Source: Bacteroidales bacterium (lineage in GTDB: Bacteria; Bacteroidota; Bacteroidia; Bacteroidales; WRLA01). Taken from it: a stretch of DNA of 64,000 bases. The notes under the pieces are model-generated. The model worked only from the letters and a program-made list of their open reading frames with translations. It searched no databases and was not told where the DNA came from. Position numbers and translations under genes: made by a program. Below are positions 10,559 through 19,128 of the stretch, one piece after another. The first letter of the stretch is position 1, and the number at the start of each line of letters is the position of its first letter. The stretch spans positions 194,172-258,171 of the forward strand of contig CAXXFD010000004.1 in assembly GCA_963662905.2 (NCBI GenBank), given 5' to 3'.

Positions 10559-11847
10559 TTCTTATAAACCTCCAAAGCCCGGTTTCGCGCGAAACTGTGC
10601 TCTACCATGTGCTGGGGATATTCCAAGGAATCAAATTCGGGCAGGAATTGCCGGACATAATTTAATTCCGGGTCGAACTTTTTGAGCTGGGTGTGGGGAT
10701 TGAAAATCCGGAAATAAGGCGCGGCATCACAACCCGACCCGGCAGCCCATTGCCAGCCGCCATTGTTGGAAGCCAGCTCAAAATCAAGCAGATGCTGCGC
10801 AAACCAGGCTTCGCCCCAGCGCCAGTCGATCAAAAGGTGTTTCGTAAGAAAACTGGCGGTGAGCATGCGCACACGATTGTGCATAAAACCCGTTTGAAGC
10901 AATTCGCGCATTCCCGCATCCACCAATGGATAGCCGGTTTTTCCGTTTTTCCAAAGTTCAAAATCCGCTTCGGAATTACGCCAGGGAATTTGATCGTAAG
11001 CAGGCTTAAAAGATCGATGCTCCACATGGGGGAAATGCCATAAAATCATCTGATAAAATTCCCGCCAGATCAATTCGTTCACAAAAACATCGCTCACCGA
11101 AATCGAACAACGGTAAAGCAACCGGATTGAAACAGTTCCGAAACGCAAATGCACACCCAAGCGTGAGGTGTTTTGACCGAAAGGGATATCGCGCTTTTGG
11201 GCGTAATTACGGATGATTTCCGTATTGATTTCCGCCTCTGAATAACGGACATCCGTTTTCTCAAAACCGATTTCCTTCAAAGATGGAAAATGAAAAATTT
11301 CGGTTTTCAGGAAATTTTCGATATGCTGCTCCGAGGGGAATTTTGGCGGTGCGGCAGTCAGCGTAGATTTCCACATGCGCGCATAGGGAGTGAAAACTGT
11401 ATAGGGCTTGCCGTCTTTTTTCAGCACCTCATCTTTCTCAAAAATCACCTGATCTTTGTAAGAAGAAAAGCGGATTCCCCGTTCTTTTGCCCATTGCGCC
11501 ACTTCATCATCACGTTTGCGCGCATAAGGCTCGTAATCAGTATTACAAAAGATGCCCTGAACATTATAATTCGACACAAGTCCTTTAAAAACCTCCAGTG
11601 GCTTTCCAATTTTCACCAACAAATCTGAACCCGATTTTCTGACTTTTGCACGCAGGTTTTGCAGTGCCTGATGAATAAAATCTACTCTGCGGTCGGATCG
11701 GGACGGCAATTGATTCAGAATTTCCGTATCGAAAATGAAAAGTGGCAAAACCGAATCAGATTGGCTCAATGCCTGAAACAGACCGTGATTGTCATCGATA
11801 CGCAAATCGCGCCGAAACCAAAATATATGTACTCGCTTCTTCGTCAT
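10543..11847 (-). CDS. Cryptochrome/photolyase family protein (class I CPD photolyase or Cry-DASH type)
   Basis: The N-terminus reads IFWFRRDLRIDDNHGL. The FAD-binding C-terminal signature reads TGYPLVDAGMRELLQTGFMHNRVRM ... GGWQWAAGSGCDAAPYFRIFNP. Confidence 0.9.
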   Translation of the reverse strand: MTKKRVHIFWFRRDLRIDDNHGLFQALSQSDSVLPLFIFDTEILNQLPSRSDRRVDFIHQALQNLRAKVRKSGSDLLVKIGKPLEVFKGLVSNYNVQGIFCNTDYEPYARKRDDEVAQWAKERGIRFSSYKDQVIFEKDEVLKKDGKPYTVFTPYARMWKSTLTAAPPKFPSEQHIENFLKTEIFHFPSLKEIGFEKTDVRYSEAEINTEIIRNYAQKRDIPFGQNTSRLGVHLRFGTVSIRLLYRCSISVSDVFVNELIWREFYQMILWHFPHVEHRSFKPAYDQIPWRNSEADFELWKNGKTGYPLVDAGMRELLQTGFMHNRVRMLTASFLTKHLLIDWRWGEAWFAQHLLDFELASNNGGWQWAAGSGCDAAPYFRIFNPHTQLKKFDPELNYVRQFLPEFDSLEYPQHMVEHSFARNRALEVYKNGLST

Positions 11848-11906
11848 TACTGTTTTAGAACAAAATTAAGCGATTTATGTTGTTCCGTCAATTCCCAAAT
11901 TTATGG

Positions 11907-11914
11907 TAGTTTTG
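11907..11914 (+). promoter_or_regulatory. Bacteroidota -7 promoter box (TAnnTTTG)
   Basis: tagttttg lies 18 nt upstream of the ATG at 11932. This supports the short start of the CDF gene. Confidence 0.4.
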
Positions 11915-11931
11915 TGCGTATAATCTCGCAA

Positions 11932-12840
11932 ATGATGGAAGATAAACAAGCGGAAAATACAGTCCTAAGTTTAAAACAAAGCAATCGTTTTGTGCGGCAA
12001 CAAGGCTGGTTATCTCTGATTATCAACACATTTCTTTTTGTCGTAAAATATGCTGCCGGAATCAGTTCGGGTTCTGTTGCGCTGATTGCCGACGCCTGGC
12101 ATACGCTTTCCGACAGTTCCACTTCGGCGGTTTTGCTGATCAGTGCACGCATCAGCGAGAAACCTGCCGACAAGAAACACCCTTATGGCCACGGACGTTT
12201 TGAGCTTATTGCCTCCCTGATTATCGGGGTAATTCTGGGTGCCGTAGCCATGGAGTTTTTTATTGATGCCATTAAAAAATTCAACTCCCGTGAAACGGCA
12301 GATTTCAACACTTTTGCGATTGTTGCCACGATTGCTTCAGTGGTTTTCAAGGAGCTCCTCTCACAATACAGCTTTTGGGTATTCCGCAAAACAGGAAATA
12401 AAGCAGTAAAAGCCGACGGCTGGCATCACCGAAGCGATGCGATTTCGTCCTTGATTATTTTGGCCGGAATTCTCTTAAGCCCTTATGCCTGGTGGATTGA
12501 TGCCGCTTTGGGCGCGGTGGTTGCCATTATGCTGGCCTGGGTAACTTATACCATTATTTCGTCGGCTGTATCAGAGCTTTTGGGCGAAAAACCCAATGAA
12601 AAAGACATTAAAAAAATCAAGCAGATATGCCGTGATGTGAGCGGTATGGATGTGCTGCCCCACGATTTTCATGCCCACACCTATGGCCGGCATGTAGAGC
12701 TGGTTTTCCACATAAAACTTGATGGTAATTTAAGCTTATACAAAAGCCATGATATCGCAACAGCCATCGAAGAAGCGGTCGAAAAAGAGATGAAGGTGAA
12801 ACCGACGATACATTTTGAGCCGAGGCCGGAAAAATGGTAA
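11932..12840 (+). CDS. Cation diffusion facilitator (CDF) family metal efflux transporter
   Basis: Motifs: GSVALIADAWHTLSDS (TM2 metal site), HPYGHGRFE, DGWHHRSDA, and a C-terminal cytoplasmic domain. The track start at 11659 overlaps the photolyase gene and precedes the promoter box, so I use the ATG at 11932 (MMEDKQ...). Confidence 0.85.
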   Translation: MMEDKQAENTVLSLKQSNRFVRQQGWLSLIINTFLFVVKYAAGISSGSVALIADAWHTLSDSSTSAVLLISARISEKPADKKHPYGHGRFELIASLIIGVILGAVAMEFFIDAIKKFNSRETADFNTFAIVATIASVVFKELLSQYSFWVFRKTGNKAVKADGWHHRSDAISSLIILAGILLSPYAWWIDAALGAVVAIMLAWVTYTIISSAVSELLGEKPNEKDIKKIKQICRDVSGMDVLPHDFHAHTYGRHVELVFHIKLDGNLSLYKSHDIATAIEEAVEKEMKVKPTIHFEPRPEKW

Positions 12841-12841
12841 G
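12811..12841 (+). repeat. Direct repeat copy 1 (last 30 nt of the CDF gene including its stop codon)
   Basis: cattttgagccgaggccggaaaaatggtaag recurs at 15350..15380 with one mismatch. Confidence 0.85.
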
Positions 12842-12932
12842 CCACTTCACATTGGTTGTTTTATTATTCCGTTTCCTTTTAAAAATCATACAAAAATTTC
12901 ACAATAGGCTGTTTAAATCTGAATATTAACAG

Positions 12933-12940
12933 TAACTTTG
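12933..12940 (+). promoter_or_regulatory. Bacteroidota -7 promoter box (TAnnTTTG)
   Basis: taactttg lies 44 nt upstream of the ATG at 12984. Confidence 0.35.
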
Positions 12941-12983
12941 TTAACCGGCAAATCCTTCAGATTGAGAAATAAAACAGAATATC

Positions 12984-15296
12984 ATGAAGCAATGGATATT
13001 TATTTTGTCATTCATATTTATAGGGATTTTGTTAAAAGCTCAAAACATTCATTGGGTTAACCCTAAGCCAACTGGCCAGATTTTTAATAATATTGAATTT
13101 TTTAATGAAAATTCAGGCCTTATGAGCCAGATGGATGGAAAGGTTTTCCAGACCACAGACGGAGGCACGCAATGGGAGCTTTGTTTTGATAATAACGGAA
13201 CTTCAATCCGGCAGATTATTATGCTATCTGAATCTTGTGCCTGGCTGCTTCGCAACAAGAGGGAAATAATCGGAACCACAGATCAGGGCGACTCTTGGTT
13301 TAAGCTGTATAAGTCTCCGGATAGCCTGGAATTTGAGCGCATCAAAATGGTTTCTGAAACTGAAGCCTACGCAACAGTATCATGCATCAACACAGAATCG
13401 ACCTACTTAGGCAAAAGCAGGGATGGAGGGAAGAACTGGACATATAAAAATCTTAATAAGCTCTTAAATGACGGCTCTTCAATTTATGATTTTGCATTTA
13501 CCAATTTGGGGCAAGGCATTATCCTTACTGTTGAGACGAAGAGGATTTACAGGACTTTAGATACCTGCCAGACTTTTGAGTATCATAAATATAACCACGA
13601 TGAAACTTTTTATGCATGTACCAATAGCAGGCAGGGCGATTTCTTTGTAGTTGGTTCTAAAATTTTGAGGAATGAATCAGAACTTGGTTTAGCTGCTTAT
13701 GAATTCATTAACGCGTCAGAAATTGACTACTTGATTAGAAAATCTTCCGATACTGGAAAAACATGGCAGCTTTCATTTTATGACGAAAGTATTCCGCGCT
13801 TGAACTTTATTAAGTCTTTAGGGGATTCAACCCTATACGCTTATGGACGATGCATGGATAACCATTCTGATGAGGGTTGCCGCACCTTACCGCTTATAAG
13901 TTCAACTGATTGTGGAATTAGCTGGGAAATCTCACATACCCCCTATGATTTTCATGATAAAGGGTATTATTATCCTTGGGTCAGGGCCATTGGTATTAAA
14001 AGTAAAACTGAGGCTTTAGTATCTCTGAGTGGTACTAGTGTGAGCAATTACTATCCGGGCACTTCCTCAATGCTGATGCAGACGCAAAATGCACAAGAAT
14101 GGCTTACTCTTCCCGGAAATTTTATTGAGAAGATTAATAGTCTTGTTTTTTTTGATGAAAAACGTGTATTTAGTTCAGAGGATGTTTTGATAGGAAGCGA
14201 CCATTTAGGCAATAAAATTGACACTTTATTATTTAATGAAAATAAATATTTAGGGATAGCTGACCAAATTGATGACAAAAATGTCTGTTGGGCAAGAGGA
14301 AGGAACAGCTTAGGAGCCTTAATCACAAATGATGGAGGAAAAAGCTTTATTTCAGCTGACACCAATACTCTCTTCCATATCAAAGACATAAGCTGTCCAA
14401 CGCCAGAGGAAGCCTATTTCTTTCAATATGACATGGACAATGGTTTTAAAGCGAGTTTATATAAACTAATAGTTTCGGAAAGTCGGTTTTCAGAGATTAA
14501 CATTCCAAATAACCCAAACGGACTTTTGTGCATGATCTTTAAAGAGGATGCAGGATACTTATTTGGTAAATTCAATGACGAAGGGGGATTTTACAAAACA
14601 TTGGATGATGGTGAAAACTGGGTCTTTTATGGTCTGGGATTTGATGATCCTATTCGTTCAGCTACAGAAATAAATGATAGTTTAGTGGTAATTGAAGCCG
14701 GGCATTTTGACCCGCTTGCCTGGGCGTGGCAAACTGAATTCTGGTCTTTGAATTTGAATACCGGCTTATTGGAAGAAAACCTGTATTCTGGTATTGAATT
14801 AGGCCTGGTTATTGATTTCCTGGTAAATAATGAAAACGCTTATTTTGCTCTAAGCAGCAATGGTCTGTTTAAAAGTTTTGGGGATAACTCCTGGGAACAA
14901 ATGGGTATTTTGCCAGACCTTAAAGGTTTAACATTAGATCCCGACGGCTACCACGTATGGGCTTACGGATATTCCGGGCGTTTATTGTATATAGGCGATG
15001 GTTTGCCGGTTTTTGTGGAAACCAACGCCATTCAGGAGCCAGATTGGTTTCATTTGAGCTATATGCCTTCAACAAAAAATATTGAAATTTCGATAGAGAA
15101 CGCTTCATATTATGGAGAATGTATTTACCATATTTCAGATTTAAACGGAAGAATATTGCTCCAGAAGAGTATTAATTTACAGGACAAACCTGTTCGGTTT
15201 TCAATTAACACACAAAAATTTTGTCCGGGCATGTACCTATTTAGCATATATACCAAAAATCAGGTTTTCACCAAAAAAGTGGTCATTTCGGAGTAG
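12984..15296 (+). CDS. Secreted BNR/Asp-box (sortilin/Ycf48-like) beta-propeller protein with T9SS C-terminal sorting domain
   Basis: Signal peptide MKQWIFILSFIFIGILLKAQ. Asp-box motifs: TTDGGTQWE, TDQGDSWF, SRDGGKNWT, SSDTGKTWQ, STDCGISWE, TNDGGKSF. The C-terminal ~75 aa (NIEISIEN...GMYLFSIYTKNQVFTKKVVISE) are CTD-like. Confidence 0.75.
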   Translation: MKQWIFILSFIFIGILLKAQNIHWVNPKPTGQIFNNIEFFNENSGLMSQMDGKVFQTTDGGTQWELCFDNNGTSIRQIIMLSESCAWLLRNKREIIGTTDQGDSWFKLYKSPDSLEFERIKMVSETEAYATVSCINTESTYLGKSRDGGKNWTYKNLNKLLNDGSSIYDFAFTNLGQGIILTVETKRIYRTLDTCQTFEYHKYNHDETFYACTNSRQGDFFVVGSKILRNESELGLAAYEFINASEIDYLIRKSSDTGKTWQLSFYDESIPRLNFIKSLGDSTLYAYGRCMDNHSDEGCRTLPLISSTDCGISWEISHTPYDFHDKGYYYPWVRAIGIKSKTEALVSLSGTSVSNYYPGTSSMLMQTQNAQEWLTLPGNFIEKINSLVFFDEKRVFSSEDVLIGSDHLGNKIDTLLFNENKYLGIADQIDDKNVCWARGRNSLGALITNDGGKSFISADTNTLFHIKDISCPTPEEAYFFQYDMDNGFKASLYKLIVSESRFSEINIPNNPNGLLCMIFKEDAGYLFGKFNDEGGFYKTLDDGENWVFYGLGFDDPIRSATEINDSLVVIEAGHFDPLAWAWQTEFWSLNLNTGLLEENLYSGIELGLVIDFLVNNENAYFALSSNGLFKSFGDNSWEQMGILPDLKGLTLDPDGYHVWAYGYSGRLLYIGDGLPVFVETNAIQEPDWFHLSYMPSTKNIEISIENASYYGECIYHISDLNGRILLQKSINLQDKPVRFSINTQKFCPGMYLFSIYTKNQVFTKKVVISE

Positions 15297-15349
15297 CATT
15301 AATAATTCAGTTTTAACATCTGTCAGGAATGACAATCCTTTAGCCATTC

Positions 15350-15380
15350 ATTTTGAGCCGAGGCCGGAAAGATGGTAAGA
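15350..15380 (+). repeat. Direct repeat copy 2 of the CDF gene 3' end
   Basis: cattttgagccgaggccggaaagatggtaag matches 12811..12841 at 30/31 positions. The tag still reads HFEPRPE(R)W-stop. Confidence 0.85.
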
Positions 15381-15394
15381 AATAATTGCTGTTT

Positions 15395-15429
15395 ACTCAT
15401 CGGATGATTGGCAGTCATCCGATGAGTAG
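15395..15429. terminator. Perfect 14-bp stem hairpin between convergent genes (no clear U-tract)
   Basis: tactcatcggatga - ttggcag - tcatccgatgagta. Confidence 0.5.
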
Positions 15430-15446
15430 CTCATAAAATCAGGTTT

Positions 15447-18200
15447 TTACATCTTATCAAATTCCACATGCAGCCCACTGCCATTGCCGCCAAATTTATT
15501 CAGGCGATATTTCAGCGAAAACATCACAAAACGTCCGATGGAATTGGTTTTTTGTTCCATGAGGTAGTTCATTTCGCCCATACGGACCAGGTTGGTGTTT
15601 TTGTCGAGCAAATCAAAGGCGCGCAAAGACAGGATCAAACGCTTATTTTTGAGCATATAACGCCGTATTTCAGCACTGATCAATGGAATTTCCAATGGAT
15701 CGTCGAAGCTTTCGGCAGAATAGCTGCTGATATCTGCGGAAGCAGAAAAAAACCAGGAATCATTGGGCGTAAAGGAAATATCCGCAAAGCAGGAATAATT
15801 ATAATAGTTATTGTCCAAATCCTCCTGCACCGAATAGCGCGAATGTGTAATTTCGGCCGAAGCTCCAACACTTATGTCCCATTTTTCCTTTTTACGGTTC
15901 TCAAACCTCAGTTTCAGGCGGTGCGTCAGGTTGGTATTGATGTTTTCCACGGCATTTATGATGTTGATGCCCCTATTGTATTTTTCATTGAAGCGGATAT
16001 TCACTTTGAGCCCCAACTTGCGGATGTGGGTGGAATAGTCAAAGCTGGCTTCTGCCGTATAATCATCTTCCACATTAACAGGCTTGATGGTTTGCACCAG
16101 CTGCGCATCGATATTCCGCTCCCAGTTGAATTTGTCCCTGATATATGTTCCGTTCAGGCTGGCAAAAAAGGATGTAGATGAAAACTGATCAAAAATCAAC
16201 CAGTTAATGGCCATGCTGTGTGTTTGCTGCGGTTTCAGGTTGCGATTTCCAAAACGGATATGCAATGGGTTCAGGTAATTGCCTGTGGGCTGCAATAGCT
16301 CCACCGAGGGTATTTGCACCGAATGGGTATAATACACATTGATTTTGCGCGTAGTTCGATAATTATATTCCCATGAAAAAGATGGCTTAAGAAAGAGATA
16401 ATCCTGCTTTAAAGCATTTTCGTTCAGGAAATAATTTTCCGTCCTTCCATTTTGAAGCCCAAGACCAAATGAAAGTGTGGACAGTTCACCGGTCCGCCTT
16501 AATTTAAGAGCAGGTGTCAGCCATTGATGCGTGCTGCTAAAGTCGGGGCTCAGGGAGTCGATGACCTGCCTTGGATCCAGCGGAATGCCGTATTCCCTTT
16601 TAAAGTCTTCGTTTTCTGTTCCGGCACTAACCCCCGGCACAAGTACCAGTTTTCCGCTTATCGCCTGCAAAAGCGACAAACTTCCATTTGCATTGACTTT
16701 CTTTGTGTTATCATCCTGAAACTGGCTGTTCTTCTCCTGCGATGGCGGATTAAAATATTTTGTCTCATTATCCATCAGCCGGTCGGTTCCCGCATCAGAA
16801 TAAATGGCCTGAAAGCTGGTTTTTAAAACAGATTTTTTGCGGTTAAATTTATATTGCCAGAAGCCATTTGCACGCGCATTCAGACTATGGGATTTGTATT
16901 CCGAGCTTTGTTTCAAGGAGTTGATGATGCTGTCGGCATAAAAGCTTTCTGAGAATTGTGATCCCGGATTCTTTCCATGCGTCAGACCCAGCCTTGCATT
17001 AAACGAAATATTGTGTACAGAGTCGATACGCCGACGCAGGCCAAAGTTGACGCTATGCGTGAAGTTACGTTCCAAACTGGATGAAGTGCTCTGCTGTTTA
17101 TAAATGCCTTCTGATGTAAAATTCTGCGTAGTGGTTTGATCCTGCAGGTCTTTCTCCAGGCCACTCACCAGATAGCTCAAAAAAGTGCGGTTGTGTTTAT
17201 CGGTGGAATAAGAAAAATTCAAACCACCGGCACCCGAAGTGGTCAGTCCGGAAACCGGCTGTCCAAAATTGATCGGCACTGAATTATCGCCGCCAATGGT
17301 GATGGTCCCGCCACCGCCCATAATGGAAGAAAGTCCTCCGCTAAAACTCAGGTAATCGTTGAAAGAGAAGCCAAACTGGTTTACATTGTTCAGCATTCCC
17401 AGTGCAGCGAATTGCGTTTTATCTGAAAAGCGGTACGCCTTAAACGAACCTTCGTAATGGTCGTCGGTTCCGTAACCGGCTTCCACATCACCAAAAATAC
17501 CGTTTTTCTTTCCATCTTTCAAAACCAGGTTTACAGCTTTATTGCGCTGGCCATCGTCTATTCCGGTAAATTCGGCTTCATCGCTTTTTTTGTCGATCAC
17601 CTGCACTTTATCCAAAGCATCGGCAGGAAGGTTTTTAGTCGCCACTTTGGGATCATCTCCAAAAAATTCTTTTCCATCCACCAGCACTTCGTGTACTTCT
17701 TCGCCCAGTGCTTTGATATTTCCTGCACGGTCCACTTCCACACCGGGCAGTTTTCGCAGCAAGTCTTCAGCCACAGCATCCGGACGGGTTTTAAAAGCTC
17801 CGGCATCAAATTCGATGGTGTCTTTTTTAAATTTCATCGGGATGCGTTCCCCGACAATATCCACACCATCCAGTTTCATTTGCCTTTTTTTCATCATGAT
17901 GCTGCCCAGCTCTTCCCCTTCCGAAGCCGGAATATTCAGCGGCTTATAGAAGGTTTCGTAGCCCATAAAGGCCAGTTGCAATAAATAATCGCCTTGCTTT
18001 ATTTGTCGGATGCCAAAATTCCCTTCCGAATTGGAGATGCCATAAAACTGCAGTGTAGAATCTGCCGGATTGAGGAGCACCGCCGTTGCGTAAGGCAAAG
18101 GGCGGCCTTCTTCGTCGATGATGTTTCCATTAAGGCTGTACTGCTGGCCCAAAGCCAGTAAGGGCAGCAGCAAAGCCAGCCAGATGATTAGCCGTTTCAT
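15447..18200 (-). CDS. Outer-membrane beta-barrel protein (TonB-dependent-receptor-like, CarboxypepD_reg N-terminus)
   Basis: Signal peptide MKRLIIWLALLLPLLALGQQ. CarboxypepD_reg-like N-terminus (YSLNGNIIDEEGRPLPYATAVLL). Plug-like region (DLLRKLPGVEVDRAGNIKALGE). The remaining ~700 aa show alternating beta-strand character. Confidence 0.75.
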   Translation of the reverse strand: MKRLIIWLALLLPLLALGQQYSLNGNIIDEEGRPLPYATAVLLNPADSTLQFYGISNSEGNFGIRQIKQGDYLLQLAFMGYETFYKPLNIPASEGEELGSIMMKKRQMKLDGVDIVGERIPMKFKKDTIEFDAGAFKTRPDAVAEDLLRKLPGVEVDRAGNIKALGEEVHEVLVDGKEFFGDDPKVATKNLPADALDKVQVIDKKSDEAEFTGIDDGQRNKAVNLVLKDGKKNGIFGDVEAGYGTDDHYEGSFKAYRFSDKTQFAALGMLNNVNQFGFSFNDYLSFSGGLSSIMGGGGTITIGGDNSVPINFGQPVSGLTTSGAGGLNFSYSTDKHNRTFLSYLVSGLEKDLQDQTTTQNFTSEGIYKQQSTSSSLERNFTHSVNFGLRRRIDSVHNISFNARLGLTHGKNPGSQFSESFYADSIINSLKQSSEYKSHSLNARANGFWQYKFNRKKSVLKTSFQAIYSDAGTDRLMDNETKYFNPPSQEKNSQFQDDNTKKVNANGSLSLLQAISGKLVLVPGVSAGTENEDFKREYGIPLDPRQVIDSLSPDFSSTHQWLTPALKLRRTGELSTLSFGLGLQNGRTENYFLNENALKQDYLFLKPSFSWEYNYRTTRKINVYYTHSVQIPSVELLQPTGNYLNPLHIRFGNRNLKPQQTHSMAINWLIFDQFSSTSFFASLNGTYIRDKFNWERNIDAQLVQTIKPVNVEDDYTAEASFDYSTHIRKLGLKVNIRFNEKYNRGINIINAVENINTNLTHRLKLRFENRKKEKWDISVGASAEITHSRYSVQEDLDNNYYNYSCFADISFTPNDSWFFSASADISSYSAESFDDPLEIPLISAEIRRYMLKNKRLILSLRAFDLLDKNTNLVRMGEMNYLMEQKTNSIGRFVMFSLKYRLNKFGGNGSGLHVEFDKM

Positions 18201-18202
18201 AA

Positions 18203-18982
18203 TTACTGTCGGATTTCGATGACCGTCTGCACCTGTGTACCTTCACCCCCTTCTGCTCCCATTTCTTTCATTTTTTCTTTCACAATGGCATCATACTCGT
18301 CCGCTGTAACCTTCTTCCCCTTCTTTGGCTTCTTCAGGATGTCTTTGGACACTTTAGCCCGATCCATTTTTACTGCGGTTATGGTATGGTCACCATCATT
18401 AATATCTACCGCCAAAACCATACCCGGCAAACCGGCAAAATGTCCCGGACCCGATGCCACAGGAATTTCCGGGCTGAACCAAACCTTCACTTTTTCTCCT
18501 TTTTCATTTTCGTAAAAAGCTTCCATGCACTTCAGGCCGGAGATTTCGCGCGAATTGCCGGTGAATTTCCAGTTGTGCGTCTCAATATCGCCACTAATCA
18601 AAAAGCGCCGCCCCATAAACTCACGCTGCTCAATTTGTTGTTTCTTTTTAAAATCCGTAAACAATTTATTGTCAGGCTGCACCATTTGTACCTGAACCAT
18701 CGTGCCTTCAGCCTCCACCGCATGAACAGCGCCTTCATCTGCATCAGTTTCGGTATATTTCTCATAAAGAGCATAATCCGGATTAAAATAGAGCACTTTC
18801 CTGCTTTTCTGCTCCTTGGGCATCATATCGGCAAATTGCGCCGCATCGCCTTCCAGTTTGATATCCAGTTTTATTACTTCCTCATAAACAATGGAACCTT
18901 CGTTCATCGCTTGTGGCTCCTGTGAAAAAGCAGTGCAGGCTGTCCAAAAAATGGCAAAACCGATCATCATCATTTTCTTCAT
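18203..18982 (-). CDS. GLPGLI family protein
   Basis: It has a signal peptide and the family-defining motif in FAGLPGMVLAV. It lies 2 nt upstream of the barrel gene, which is the usual pairing in Bacteroidota. Confidence 0.7.
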   Translation of the reverse strand: MKKMMMIGFAIFWTACTAFSQEPQAMNEGSIVYEEVIKLDIKLEGDAAQFADMMPKEQKSRKVLYFNPDYALYEKYTETDADEGAVHAVEAEGTMVQVQMVQPDNKLFTDFKKKQQIEQREFMGRRFLISGDIETHNWKFTGNSREISGLKCMEAFYENEKGEKVKVWFSPEIPVASGPGHFAGLPGMVLAVDINDGDHTITAVKMDRAKVSKDILKKPKKGKKVTADEYDAIVKEKMKEMGAEGGEGTQVQTVIEIRQ

Positions 18983-19110
18983 AGCAATTTGTTTTTTGGG
19001 TTAAAATTGATTTGATGCAAAACTATCCTGCCAGCGCCTTTGTAAAGGTTAAGGAGAGGCAAATCAAGGTTAATTAAGGTTAATGATGTGGTTTACATGC
19101 TGAGTATGTG

Positions 19111-19118
19111 TACTTTTG
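19111..19118 (+). promoter_or_regulatory. Bacteroidota -7 promoter box (TAnnTTTG)
   Basis: tacttttg overlaps the track start at 19108. Translation therefore most likely begins at the ATG at 19129. Confidence 0.4.
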
Positions 19119-19128
19119 TACTATCGTG

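Noticed and set aside
11659-11931. N-terminal extension of the CDF transporter ORF
   Set aside because: It overlaps the photolyase gene on the opposite strand and lies upstream of the tagttttg -7 box. The CDF-like sequence only begins after the ATG at 11932.
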